From Ginglymostoma cirratum (Eukaryota): a DNA stretch of 64,000 nucleotides. The translations under genes and the position numbers were made by a program. Positions 50,007-61,965 of this stretch are shown piece after piece. The stretch covers positions 49,875,755 through 49,939,754 of the forward strand of contig JAHRHZ010000019.1 of assembly GCA_024137785.1 (NCBI GenBank), read 5' to 3'. Each line of letters starts with the position of its first letter. The stretch's first letter is position 1. The notes under the pieces were generated by a model. It saw only the letters and a program-made list of their open reading frames with translations, ran no database searches and was not told the DNA's origin.

Positions 50007-50179
50007 TTGAGATAAAAGGTACTGCAGATGCTGGAGAATCCAAGATAACAAGGTGTGTTATCCTGATCAAATCCTGATCAGAATTTCTGATGAAGGGTCT
50101 AGGCCCGAAACGTCAAGCTTTCCTGCTCCTATGATGCTGCTTGGCCTGCTGTGTTCATCCAGCCCCACACCTTGTTATC
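50007..50179. mobile_element. PLE family A mini-element inserted in the Gypsy RNase H, perfect 13-bp TSD
   Basis: atgaatgcaatac at 49994-50006 and 50180-50192. Confidence 0.9.
50087..50114 (+). ncRNA. Minimal hammerhead ribozyme motif, core intact
   Basis: CUGAUGA-A-GGGUCUAGGCCC-GAAA-CG-UC, with upstream UUU able to pair with downstream AAG (short stem I). Confidence 0.7.
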
Positions 50180-52983
50180 ATGAATGCAATACCTTCCTTC
50201 TTTATCCACATGTATTTTTGCTCTGCATTAGCCAAGGTTCTGGATGTATTGGGCCACCTATGAGCTAATAACTTCACAATGCTGTATGGAGAGGCATTGC
50301 ATGTCAACACCAGATCTCACTTGGGATCATAGCGTGCCAACACCTTACAGGATGATAGCTGTTTCTCCACTTCCCTGAAAGCTATGACTTGGCTATGTGC
50401 CCATTTCCAAGGCTGATCGTTTTTTAGGAGTTGATGCAAAGGTGCCAGGATGGAGGCCAGGTTATGTCTGAACTCTCTATAATAATTCATCAGCCCAAAG
50501 AAAGACCTAAGCTCCAATACAGATGTCAGAGCTGGGGCATCATTGATCGAGCTCACTTTATCTTCCAATGAGTGTAACCCAGTCTTGTCAACTCTGTAGC
50601 CAAAGTAGGTCACTTGGGGTGCCTGGAACACACACTTTACCCATTCTAAGGCATATGCCCACCTGGCAGAAACATCAAAGGACTATGTCCAAGTTCTCTA
50701 AATGCTCCTTATTGGTGTTGCCTGTTATTTGCACATCATCTAGATAAATGGTGACGTGGGATAGAACTTGTAAAATGTTCTCCATTGCCACTAAGAAATT
50801 GCACAAACTGACAATACTCCAAATGGCAGAGTGTTTTATTGGTACAAGCCCTTATATGTATTAATTGTAGCATTTTTCTGGGAATCCTCATCTAACTGCA
50901 ATTGCAAGTATTCATGGCTCATGTCCAGTCTTTGTGAAGGACTGCATCCCTACCAGCTTTACATATGAGTCCTCTATCCAGGGAATTGGGAATTTATTCA
51001 GCCGAGAAAAGCAGTTTGCTGTTTGTTTAAAATCCCCACAAAGGTGAACTGACCTGTTAGGTTCACAATTGGTACAACTGGTGCTGCCCATTCTGCAAAC
51101 TGCACTGGTTTGATAGTTCTTTCGCTTTCCAGCTTCCTGATGACTGCCTCCACTTTTATTCGGGAGGAGAATAGCACTGGGTGGGCCTTGCTGAGTCATG
51201 GAATTGCTTCATGGTCAACATGCAAGTTGTCCTTAGCTCCTATGATAGTCCCTAGACCTCCTGGAAAAACTTCCTGATATTAATTAGGACTTCATTCAGG
51301 CAGCCATTTTCTAATGGAAAAATGTTGATCCAATCTAGGTGAATCTTTCTCAACCAATTTTGACCCATCAAGCTCGGGCCTGAGCCTTTTACTACAATCA
51401 GTGGTAACACTACCAGCTGCTTCTCATAACAGACTGAAACAGAAGTTGTATTCTTAATCTACAAAGGTTCTCTGGTATAGGTTCTCAGTCTAGCTGAAGT
51501 CTTGCGCAAATTTAAAACCTGGAATCCACAGAGAATTTTTTTAAAAGCCTGGTCCTGTGATCACTAAAATGGCCATGCCAGTATTGACCTCCATTAGAAG
51601 TGGATGACCATTTAACCAAAAGTTAATTTTTATTGGTTCTGATTTGCAAGTTGAGAAGCAATTTAACTGTTCCAAACCCAGGGTGTGCAATCTCTTGGCC
51701 ACTGGTCTATGAGTTCTCTTACTCAATTTAGGTCCAGTGGGACACTCTTGCTGCCATGAGTCTGCGTAGTGGCAGCAACTACAATGGCTTATCAGCACGG
51801 AACCTGAAGAAATCTTTAATCATTTGGCCAAGGCTTGGCTTTGTTTAGGGGTTTTGCTGTGGGCTGACCCAGAGTCCCTCTGTCCAGGATATGTCCTGAA
51901 TGAGGCTAAGCAATTGCCTTCACTCAAGTGGTGTTCTCTGAGTACAGTCAGGCTTGCGAGGGTGTCCACTTTCATTGGAATGCCCTGCAAACTCGCAAAA
52001 GGTGCAGGAGCAAAATGTGCCCGGCTCCTTGATTACTTTTCTGACTGTTCTGGAATCTGTAGGTTCTCCCTCTCTGTCAAACGTTGAATATACTTTGGAA
52101 TTTGAGATGGACATGATGGATGTTACCACCTCAACGCCTTTGCTGCTTGAAGAGAAGAATCAATTTCTTGTGAGACGGTCTGGGCACAAGAGGCAAGCTA
52201 CTGTGCGTTACACACTGTCTGTATCAGAGGCAGAGTTGGAGGAACCTGACCTGGTGCTAAAATGCCCCAGGAGGAGCTACAAGAGAAAGAACCAGCTTAT
52301 ATTCTTGGTCTCAGAGGGGGAGCGATGTAATGATTGTAATGTGGTCAGCCAGGTCGACCTCATGGAATATGAGTTCCCTGAATGGACCAAGTCAACAAAT
52401 CCAGTCAGAGAGCCCTGGCTGACAGATAAGAGCAGGAGTGTCAGAAGTTCCGTTCATTCGAAGAGCTGGATCAGTGTCTAGGACTCTCCACGTGTAAATG
52501 AAGAGCAACTTGGTGACAGGATACTGGCCTCTGTGGAGTTATTTCATGACTTTTTGCATGAATCTGAAAATATTCAAATAATAAATGGCTAATGAAATTC
52601 CACCAGTTGTTTCTAAGAATTAAACAACGCTCACTGCACTGACCGTTACCAATCTGGATATTGTCAAAAATGAAAACAAGCAGAATAACGTTCTAAATGC
52701 AACACAAAGCAAGCGCTATTTTCTTGGCAGAGGTTATTCAGGCTTTCCACCCTGTCACCTGATATGGTAATGGGGGTATATTTCTCTATTGCTCACAGCA
52801 ACCCCAAAGTCAAACTGCCCAAGGATCATTAAATGACTGGAGATGGGACTTCTGCTCCTCATTTCTCAGGATGCAATCTGATGGGACTCCATAATCCCAG
52901 TAGAGCCTGCAGGATAAGAGACTAGGACTGGAACTACATGTGGTCCACAGACCCTATGTTCCGAAATCCAGGACCAGTTAAGT

Positions 52984-53075
52984 GTAACACAGTGTGGAGC
53001 TGGAGGAACACAGCAGGCCAGGCAGCATCAGAGAAGCAGGAAAGTTGACGTTTCGGCTTGGGACCCTTCTTCAGA
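52984..53075 (-). mobile_element. PLE family A single arm, core at 53047-53074
   Basis: Reverse complement ctgaagaagggtcccaagccgaaacgtcaac. Confidence 0.8.
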
Positions 53076-53496
53076 TTGGAACGGAAGAGATGGTGGGAAG
53101 GTCACAGGGTGAGTTTTATAGGCCCCAGCCTGTAAATACATTGATGGGAAGCCGTAATCTCACTCACTTAAATATTTGCAGACACAGACTTAGGTAGAAC
53201 AGCTTAACTGTCTAGAATGCCTAGTTGTAGAAAGAATCCTGTAACTAAAAACAATACTGTTTTTGTTCACACATCGACTAAAGTGGAATGTAACCAGAAC
53301 TGAAGCATAGAAAGTCCATTTGGCTTTCTGTACTGGGGCTGCTCTTTATATCAGCAGTTTTATTTAGTCCCACATTTCAGTTATTTTGGTGTGTCCCTAT
53401 AAGCTTCCCTTTTCAAATATCCTTTGAAAATTATTTATAGGATCAGCATCCATAGACTTTTCAGGAATTTCCAGATCCCTGATAATTCTTTGAATT

Positions 53497-54980
53497 AAAA
53501 TAGTGATGGAAAAGGACAGACTAGATCTAAAAGATGAAGTTCTAAATTGGAGGAAGGCCAATTTTGATGGTAATAGGCAAGGACTTTCAAAGGTTGATTG
53601 GTGGCAGATGTTCACAGGTAAAGGGATGGCTGGAAAATGGGAAGCTTTCAAAAATGAGATAACAAGAGTTCAGTGACAGTATGTTCCTGTTAGGGTGAAG
53701 GGCAAGGCCGATAGGCGTGGGGAATGCCGGATGACTAGAGAAATTGAGGTTTTGGTTAATAATAAGAAAGAACTATATATCAGGTATAGATAGCAGAAAT
53801 AGAATTATTCCCGAGGAGAGTATAAAGGCAATAGGAATATACTTAACAGGGAAATCAGGAGGCAATAAAAGCAACAAGAGAGAGCTTTGGCAAATAGGGT
53901 AAAGGAGAATCCAAAGGGATTCTACAAATACATTAAGGAAAAAAAGATAACTAGGGAGAGAATAAGGCCCCTTAAAGATTAGCAAGACCACCTACAAGTG
54001 GAACCACAGAGATGGGGGAGATACTGAATGAGTATTTTGCATCAGTGTTTACTGTAGAGAAGGATATGGGAGACAGAGAACATGGGGAAATAAATAAAGA
54101 CATATTGAAAAATGTCCATATTTCAGATGAGGAGGTGCTGAACGTCTTAAAATGGAGAGAGGTGGGTAAATCCCCAGGACCTGATCAGGGTACCCTAGAA
54201 CTCTATGAGAATCTAGAGAAGCGATTGTTGGGCCCCTTGCTCAGATATTTGTATCATCGATGGCACCAGGTGAGGTGCCAAAAGACTAGATGTTGGCGAA
54301 TGTGGTGCCACTAGTTAAGAAAGGCAGTAAGGAAAATCTAGGGAACTATAGGCTGATGAGCCTGATATCAGTGGTGGGCAAGTTGTTGGAGGGAATCCTG
54401 AGGAACAGGATTTACATGTATTTAGAAATGCAAGGACTGATTAGGGATGGTCAACATGGCTGTTTACATAGGATATTGTTTCTCATTAATTTGATTGAGT
54501 TGTTTGAAGAAGGGTAGGGGATTGCGGTGGCACGGTGGCTCAGTGATTAGCACCGTTGCCCCAGGGACCTGGGCTCAATTCCACCCTTCGGGAGAATGTC
54601 TGTGTGGAGTTTGCTCATTCTCCCTGTGTCTGCGTGGGTTTCCGCCAGGTGCTCTTGTTTCCTCCCACAGTCCAAAGATGTGTAGGTTAGGTGGATTGGC
54701 CATGCTATATTACCCATAGTGTCCAGGGGTATGTAAATTAGGTGGATTAGCCATGGGAAATATAGGGTTACAAGGAAAGGGTAGGATGATGGGACTGTAT
54801 GGGATGCTCTTCAGAGGGGCAGTATGGACTGGTTGGGCTGAATGGCCTGTTTCCACACTATATGGATTCTATGATTGATGAGGGCAGAGTGGCGGACGTG
54901 ATCTATATGGATTTCAGTAAGGCATTCGACAAGCTTCCTCATGGTAGACTGGTTAGCAAGGTTAGAGCGCATGGAATACC
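53497..54980 (+). mobile_element. CR1 LINE copy A (endonuclease-RT linker to early RT)
   Basis: MGEILNEYFASVFT; KSPGPD; NYRLMSLISVVGKLLEGILR; YMDFSKAFDKLPHGRL. Confidence 0.9.
54524..54873 (+). mobile_element. HE1-type V-SINE nested in a CR1
   Basis: gcggtggcacggtggctcagtg...aatggcctgtttccacactatatggattctatg; gattg on both flanks. Confidence 0.9.
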
Positions 54981-56604
54981 TGAAGCTAGGGAAATGATTA
55001 CTGGGACCCTTGCTCAGATATTTGTATTATCGATTGCCACAAGTGAAGTACCAGAAGACTGGAGGATGGCTAATGTGGTGACACTATTTAAGAAAGATGG
55101 TAAGGAAAAGCCAGGGAACTATAGACCGGTGAGCCTGATATCAGTGGTGGGCAAGTTGTTGGAGGGAATCCTGAGGGACAGGGTTTACAGGCATTTGGAA
55201 AGGCAAGGACTGATTAGGGATGGTCAACATGGCTTTGTGCGTGGGAAAGCGTGTTTCAATAACTTGATTGATTTTTTTGAAGAAGTAATGAAGAGTGGTG
55301 GATGTGATCTATATGGACTTCAGTAAGGCGTTCAACAAGGTTCCTCCTGGTAGCCTGGTTAGCAATGTTAGATCACACAGAATGAAGGGAGAACTAACTA
55401 ATTGGATATAGAACTGGCTCAAAGGTAGAAGGCAGAAGATGGTGGTGGAGGGTTGCTTTTCAGACTAGACGTCTTTGACCAGCGGTGTGCCACAAGGATT
55501 GGTGCTGGGTCCACTGCTTTTCATCTTTTATATATATGTTTTGGGTGTGAACATAGGAGGCATGATTAGTAAGTTTGCAGATGATACCAAAATTGGAGGT
55601 GTTGTGAACAGCAAAGAAGGCTACCTCGGTGTATAATGGGATTTGATCAGATGGACCAATGGGCCAAGGAGTGAAGAAAGAACAAAGATAACAAGGAACA
55701 AAGAGCAATACAGCACAGAAACAGGCCCTTCAGCCCTCCAAGACTGCGCCGTCACATTTTGTCCTTCCATATTAAAACTGGCTTCACTTACAGAGTAGCA
55801 GATGCAGTTTAATTTAGATAAATGTGAGGTGCTGCATTTTGGAAAGGCAAATCAGGGCAGGATTTATACACCTAATGATAAGATCCTCGGGAGTGTTGCT
55901 GAACAAAGGGACCTTGGAGTTCAGGTTCATAGTTCCTTGAAAGGGAAATAGGACAGTGAAGAAGGCACTTCTTCACTGAAAGGTATCCTTGCCTTTATTG
56001 GTCAGTGCATTGAGTATTGGAGTTGGGAGGTCATGTTGCGGTTGTACAGAATATTGGTTAGGCCTCTTTTGGAATACTGTGTGCAATTCTGATCTCCCTG
56101 CTATAGAGAGAATGCTGTGAAACTTGAAAGAGTTCAGAAAAGATTTACAAGAATGCTGCCAGGGCTGGAGGGTTTGAGTAGTAGGGAGAGGCTGAATAGG
56201 CTGTGGCCAGTTTCTCTGGAGTGTCAGAGGCTAATAGAGGTTTATAAAATCATGAGGAGCATGGACAGGGTGAATAGTCAAAGTCTTTTCCTAGGGTGGG
56301 GAAGTCCAAAACTAGAGGGGATAGGTTTAAGATGAGAGGGGAAAGATATAAAAGGGATCTAAGGGGGTAATTTTTTCACGCAGACGGTAGTGCATGTACG
56401 GAATGAGCTGCCAGAGGAAGTGGTGGAGGCTAGTCTAAATACAACAATTAAAAGGCATCTGGATGGGTATATGAATAGGAAGGGTTTAGAAGGATGTGAG
56501 CCAAATGCTGGTAATTGGGACTAGATTTATTTAGGATATCTGGTTGGCATGGATGTGTCGGACTGAACAGTCTGTTTCCATGCTGTATATCTCTATGAGT
56601 CTAT
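54981..56604 (+). mobile_element. CR1 LINE copy B with 3' end; contains an inverted CR1 tail at about 55674-55792
   Basis: VPEDWRMANVVTLFKK..NYRPVSL; FADDTKIGG; LERVQKRFTRMLPGL; tail ctgtttccatgctgtatatctctatgagtctat. Confidence 0.92.
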
Positions 56605-56899
56605 AAACCTGCTCTCATTTTCAGTAGTTCTTTTTCCAGTAGCATTTTCTCTGTCACCGTCTAGGGAAGAATCTTGTTATCTTCCCTGTGGCAGGTTTGG
56701 TGGTAGTGGCATATTTAATAGAGTGGAAGAGTAGCAGCTGGGCACACTACCACTTTTCTACCTCCATCTTGATTTAATCCACATTAGAAAGGTACATGGA
56801 AGGTGGGAGTGCTATAGTGTTTTGAAAAGTGCAGTGTTCATTCTGTTGACTCAGAGCTACTGATCTGCGCCTGCAGCGTGAGTCTGCAAGAAGCCATTT

Positions 56900-58230
56900 C
56901 CACAAATGAGCTGAATTCCTCACACACTTATTTCTAAGAGACCCTGTCTATGTATGGTAATCTTAAATAGGTTGATCATGAAATAAAAGTATCAACCATT
57001 GAAGTTGTCTCTAGTCTTGTGAAAAATATTCTGAATAGATAGAATGCTATCAGACTGTTGCAGAAGGCAACATTTGAGTTAGTGTTAAACTCCAGTGATG
57101 ATCATTGCTGCTCATGCGCAAGAGAACTACCAGCGAAACATCAACAATAAGCTCCGAGATAGCTGCAACTTGTCCACATAACGTTTTCAATGTGGCCATG
57201 CTTCCCTTTAATAAACAGAGTCCCTTGCTGCAGAGAAACAGTGCTAAATCTGTCGTTAACCTAACAACCTAACAACGTTTTCAATGTGGCCATGCTTCCC
57301 TTTAATAAACAGAGTCTCTTGCTGCAGAGAAACAGTGCTAAATCTGTCGTTAACCTAACAACTTTGCTCATGTTTATTCTTCATTTGCAAAATCAATAAC
57401 TCAGGCCGATGCCAACAGAGTGATAACATGACAAAACAGCAAGAGAAAGTAGCCCATATTGAGGCAGGTGAACATGAATATACTTGTGTGCTGTCCTTCA
57501 GACGTAGCAAACAGCCATTTGTGATGGTGGTCATTGGCTGCCTGAATATAGATGCTCTCAAAGGTTCAGGAGCATCTGTCAATGCATTGGGAGCTAAAAC
57601 ATACAAGAACATTAGGATTGTCCCATTCTCTGAAAATCCAGGGATAAAAACAAATTCCCGCAAAACAATAATAAAACAGTGAAAATCCTCAAACCTGTTG
57701 AAATGCCAATCACATTATCACAGAACATATCTGCAGAATGTGACTTGCTTATCAATTTCCACACAGCCACATATCTGCCCATGATTATAGTTACGTACAA
57801 AATCCCCACCCATTTCATTGTCAAGAAAGCATGCTATTCACTTCCTTTCAATTTATAATCTGAAAGGTGTTCCAAACAAGCTGCATTTAGAGTCCAATAT
57901 GACTCCAGTTGGGCATCACTAACAATGGATCCTGTTTCATGTCAGGCAGCATACGAGAAGAAACTTCAGCATCTACTTGACCTTGACTTCATTTGAAATT
58001 TAGGGATGGAAGTTGGGTCTCAGCTGTGCAAGTTGGCAAGTAACCCAAAGGTGAGTAGCAAAGTGGAACTGTGTCGATATGCAGTAATGACATCAAGCCA
58101 CACAACAAGAAGGACACTTGACAGCAGTAATTAATGACATCATGGAGAAAGTGCATAGTGTTAGACACTTCAGTAAACCTGACCTCAATGTACGCTATCA
58201 CTAAATTGAGCTTGCAGAAGAATCAAGCTT
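56900..58230 (+). mobile_element. Ancient Ty3/Gypsy gag-PR-RT relic
   Basis: Zinc knuckle FQCGH..EKQC*IC..PNNFAHV; protease IDALKGSGASVNAL; RT N-terminus KLHLESNMTPV..ILFHVR, LCVDM, FSKPDLNVRYH*IELAEES. Confidence 0.7.
57180..57362. repeat. Tandem duplication, 94-bp period, one mismatch
   Basis: aacgttttcaatgtggcc...gttaacctaacaac at 57180-57268 and 57274-57362. Confidence 0.95.
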
Positions 58231-59783
58231 ACTCATAATCCTTTAGTTTTTACAGTGTCTTAATTTGTTTTTTTCAAGTCTGAACACTTGTAACAGTTTA
58301 ATCATTACAATCCTCGTCAGTACCAAATATTTTGTCAAATTTTGTACCATTTATCAACCTTATACTGCCGCTCCCTAACTTTGCTTTGAGCTTCGTTCAT
58401 AAAAGTGAAGGAAAAATGCAACTTCAGAACATCCTTGCAACTCAGTTCCTACTCTGGATAACATCCATGCACTATCTATGAGTTTTTGTCACTGAGCCAA
58501 TTTGCACCTAATGACAACTTTCCTTTTAATCAACTTCCTTCCACTTCCTATATGGTATTTTAGCAAATGCCTTCCAAAAGTCCATATAGACAGTTTCCTA
58601 AATCAATCTGCTCAGAGATGTTATTGTGTAACTACAGAATAGGTGGGGCTTGAACACAGGCCTCCTGATCTAGAGGTAGGAACACTACCACTGTGCCAAA
58701 ATAGTCTCCAGAAGTCCATATATTGAATAAGTATTTAGGTAATTTGATTAACTTTCTCTGTTAAAAATTTCAGTGAAGGTATTCAGATGTAACTTACCTT
58801 CAATGAATCCATGCAGGCTATTCTTGATGAGACCGTACTTTCCCAAATGAAAGCTTATTTTATTTCTGATAATACTTTCTAATAATTTATAGCCGACAAT
58901 GTTTAATTGACAGGTTTCCACTTATGGTGTTTAGCTCTCTTCCCCTCTGTTGACCAATTGGAACAATATCAGTTTTCCGATATTCTTCCAATGAAGTTGG
59001 AAACATTATGAGCAATGCTTCTGCTATTTCTACCTTAGCTTCTTGTAGCAACCGGGGTGTCATTGCATTTTGACTGGGTCATCTACCAACCTGCAGTAAT
59101 GCTAATGTTTTTAACATAAATAACGCATGTTTATCATCAGAAACACTGCAATGTTCTTCAAATAATATTTAGACTAATATAAATGGAGCAAAGTCAATTT
59201 TTATGCTTAAGCAAATAAAAATATTAAAATAGTTCCAAAACAAAGCTGAATGCTTTATTAATAGTACCGTCCCATTAACGCTTGAGCACCACAAGTATAA
59301 AGTAATTCACCTGCACTTTTCCATCCCTTGGCTTGAGCAGAAAACATAAATGTGAAATGAAAACATTTTGAGTAAAAAGTACAGATTAATTTTGTTATGA
59401 TAAGTCAAATAGTGGATGTTTACATTAATGAAATAATTTAATACTCATTTCAAACTGATATTTCTAGTCATTGGATCATATGGTTTAATAGTTGGTTCAT
59501 TAGAAATTTAATGGTGACTGCTTGGAAAGGTACAGTGTAGCACCAATACTGACACAGTGATTTTGCTTCCCACTAACTAACATATAACTATAGTTTTCCT
59601 TAAAATAAATGATAAGCAAGGTACTGAGGATCAGCAGTCTAATTTCACCTCGAGGTGGAAGTGATTGCAAGAAATTAGAACAGGAGTAAATAATTGGTCT
59701 CTCAATGTGTTCTGCCATTTGAAAAGATGGTGGCTGATCTCATTCCCTCATAACCTTTGGCCTGCTTATTGCATGAATATCTG

Positions 59784-59984
59784 TGATGTGGAGGTGCCAA
59801 AGTAGGACTGATGTGGACAAACTTACGCAACACCAGGTTAAAGTCCAATAGGTTTGTTTGAAATCACAAGCTTTCGGAGTGCAGCTCCTTCGTCAGGGGA
59901 AATTATGAAGAAGCAGCGCTCTGAAAGCTTGTGATTTCAAATAAACCTGTTGGAATATAACCTGGTGTCGTGTGACTTCTGACT
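59784..59984. mobile_element. PLE family B fold-back mini-element
   Basis: Inverted arms around ggggaaatt; TSD-like gcatgaatatctg / gtatgactatctg (59771-59783, 59985-59997). Confidence 0.85.
59868..59896 (-). ncRNA. Minimal hammerhead ribozyme motif, family B, core intact
   Basis: Minus strand CUGACGA-A-GGAG-CUGCA-CUCC-GAAA-GC-UU; 4-bp stem II. Confidence 0.7.
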
Positions 59985-60051
59985 GTATGACTATCTGGTT
60001 AAAACAGTCTTGAAAATATTCAATAATCTAGCCTCACTGTCTTCTACCTAG

Positions 60052-60110
60052 GCTACTGATCGAGGGTGGAATTGAATCCATGTCCCTGGTGCTGTGAAGC
60101 AGCAGTGCTA
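60052..60110 (-). mobile_element. HE1 SINE head fragment
   Basis: cgagggtggaattgaatccatgtccctggtgctgtgaagcagcagtgct. Confidence 0.7.
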
Positions 60111-61216
60111 TTGTTTAGTTTCAATCTACTAAAGTTATAGTATTAATAACTAAATGCTAACTTTTGTTATTAACTGGTGTCTGATATATTTTGTTCTTAA
60201 TGTCTAGCTAGGAACTATTAGGGCAATTTGAGTGTCATTGAATGTTTTCATTTTATTATGTTTGAATATGAAGGTAGGAAGACTGATTTGATTTGATTTG
60301 CTGTCCCCATGTCATAACATTGTGAACTGGCCTAATGGTCCCCAGAGAAATGGAAATTCTTAATAAATAGATTTCTTTAATCAGCCTTATAGATATCGAA
60401 CATCAACCAGGCAGAGTCTCATGGAAATGCTGTGTAATTGTAATTACATTGAGTGAATACTACACATTGGAGGTACACATTCTTCTGACTGTTCTCTTCA
60501 ATTGTGTCTTGCTATTAAGTTTGTTTCCCATGTAAGAGGACACCCAGATCTCTCTATACTGTAATATTCTGAAATTCTTCTCCATTTAATAACCTTCTGT
60601 TTTTCCTTTCTTACCTTTAAAATTGACAACCTCACATTTTCCTACATAATCTGCCATCTGTCATTTTTTTGTCAATTGTCTTGTCATATTTGTATCCCTT
60701 TGCCGATATCTTATGGAAACTGAGACAAGAGGGCAGTAATGAAGAAAGAGCCAGGTTGACGTTTGAGTCCTTTTAATTTGTGATACTCAGATGGATTGGA
60801 GTTGATAGTAGCCATTAGAGCAAGGGAAAAAGTTCCATAGGGAGGCAAGATCTTAACAATGAAAGAGCAATGGGCAATTGTATCACTGTCCAGCAAACTA
60901 CAACACGGCAGAGTTCTGCACCCAGTTAAACTAGTTAGAGGCATCTACGCTGCATTGACAAAACTGAAAGAAGGAGAGGCGTATTAGCATCCCCATTTCC
61001 CTATTCCATCAAGGAAACTCAATCTGAAAGAAAACAGATTTCCTTTTAATAATTTTTATTCAGCTTTAACTGCTTAACTCATTTGAATGACGGGAATTCA
61101 AGGGACTTAAGAAATAAATGTAGAAATATCCATTGTATGTAGCAGAGTTAATTATTAAAAATTTGGTTAGGAATCATCAACTATCTTGAAAAACCGTATA
61201 TCAAAATTTCAAATAG

Positions 61217-61323
61217 TTTATATTTAATTTTAATTATATATTTATATAATTAAAATTAAATATAAATATATTTATATAATTATATAAATATAATTATATT
61301 TAATAATTATATTTAATTATTTA
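61217..61323. repeat. 107-bp A/T-only tract with two adjacent perfect palindromes
   Basis: 24-bp arms 61217-61240 / 61243-61266; 26-bp palindrome 61267-61292. Confidence 0.9.
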
Positions 61324-61834
61324 GCAAGTGTGAAGTTAACAATGTTGAGTTATGTACTTAAGTCTTGGGAAGGACCACTAGAATGGGTTATAGGTGAGTT
61401 GGGGAAGGACTGGTGAGTGATCGAGATTCCTTTGAATCTAGGGGTACATTCCTGTCTCCATAAGACATAACTTCCTGAAATTAGCATCGGTAGGGTGTAC
61501 CGCATGTTCTCAGGCAGGGCAGACCTGATACATTATCTGCTCATAACTGGCTAAATTATTGTTAGGGTCCTTAAAAAACTTTTAGGTTTCTAATGTGCAG
61601 AATTAAGGGACTTAACATCTGTTGTAAAATAGGATCCATGTAAATTGGGACCAAATGCATAGGTGAATGACTGATGTCAAATAGAGGCAACTGGGTTGGT
61701 AATTGATCTGTCCATTTAATAAGCAAAAAATGTCAACATTTGACAATTACTGGCCCAGTGTATTGTTTACCAATTGCTTAACATTCTAACCATATGTCTG
61801 AAGTACATTCTGTAAATTTATAGACTAGATGTCT

Positions 61835-61965
61835 CACATAGCTGTGAAATGTTGTGACATGATAACTTTTCCTATGAGTTTCACAATCAATGAAATAATT
61901 CTGAAGTGTGGTCATTGTCATTAGGTGGACAAATGCAACAGTTAATTTGTGCACAGCAAGGTTCA
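61835..61965 (-). mobile_element. Deu-domain SINE fragment
   Basis: ttcacaatcaatgaaataattctgaagtgtggtcattgt..aatttgtgcacagcaag is the reverse complement of the Deu-type core. Confidence 0.5.

Larger units (their letters stand above)
49778..52546. mobile_element. Ty3/Gypsy LTR retrotransposon with an inverted internal gag-PR-RT-RNase H block
   Basis: Direct LTRs on + (49778-49898 partial; 52326-52546 TG...CA) with polypurine tract agagggggagcga (52313-52325); minus-strand PR (LNGHPLLMEVNTG), RT (HLCGDFK, YLDDV, LRSFFGLMNYY), RNase H (FGVRKFHQHLY..DHKPLLG); plus-strand integrase tail (VRRSGHKRQATVRY); TSD-like tgaca/tgact. Confidence 0.85.
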
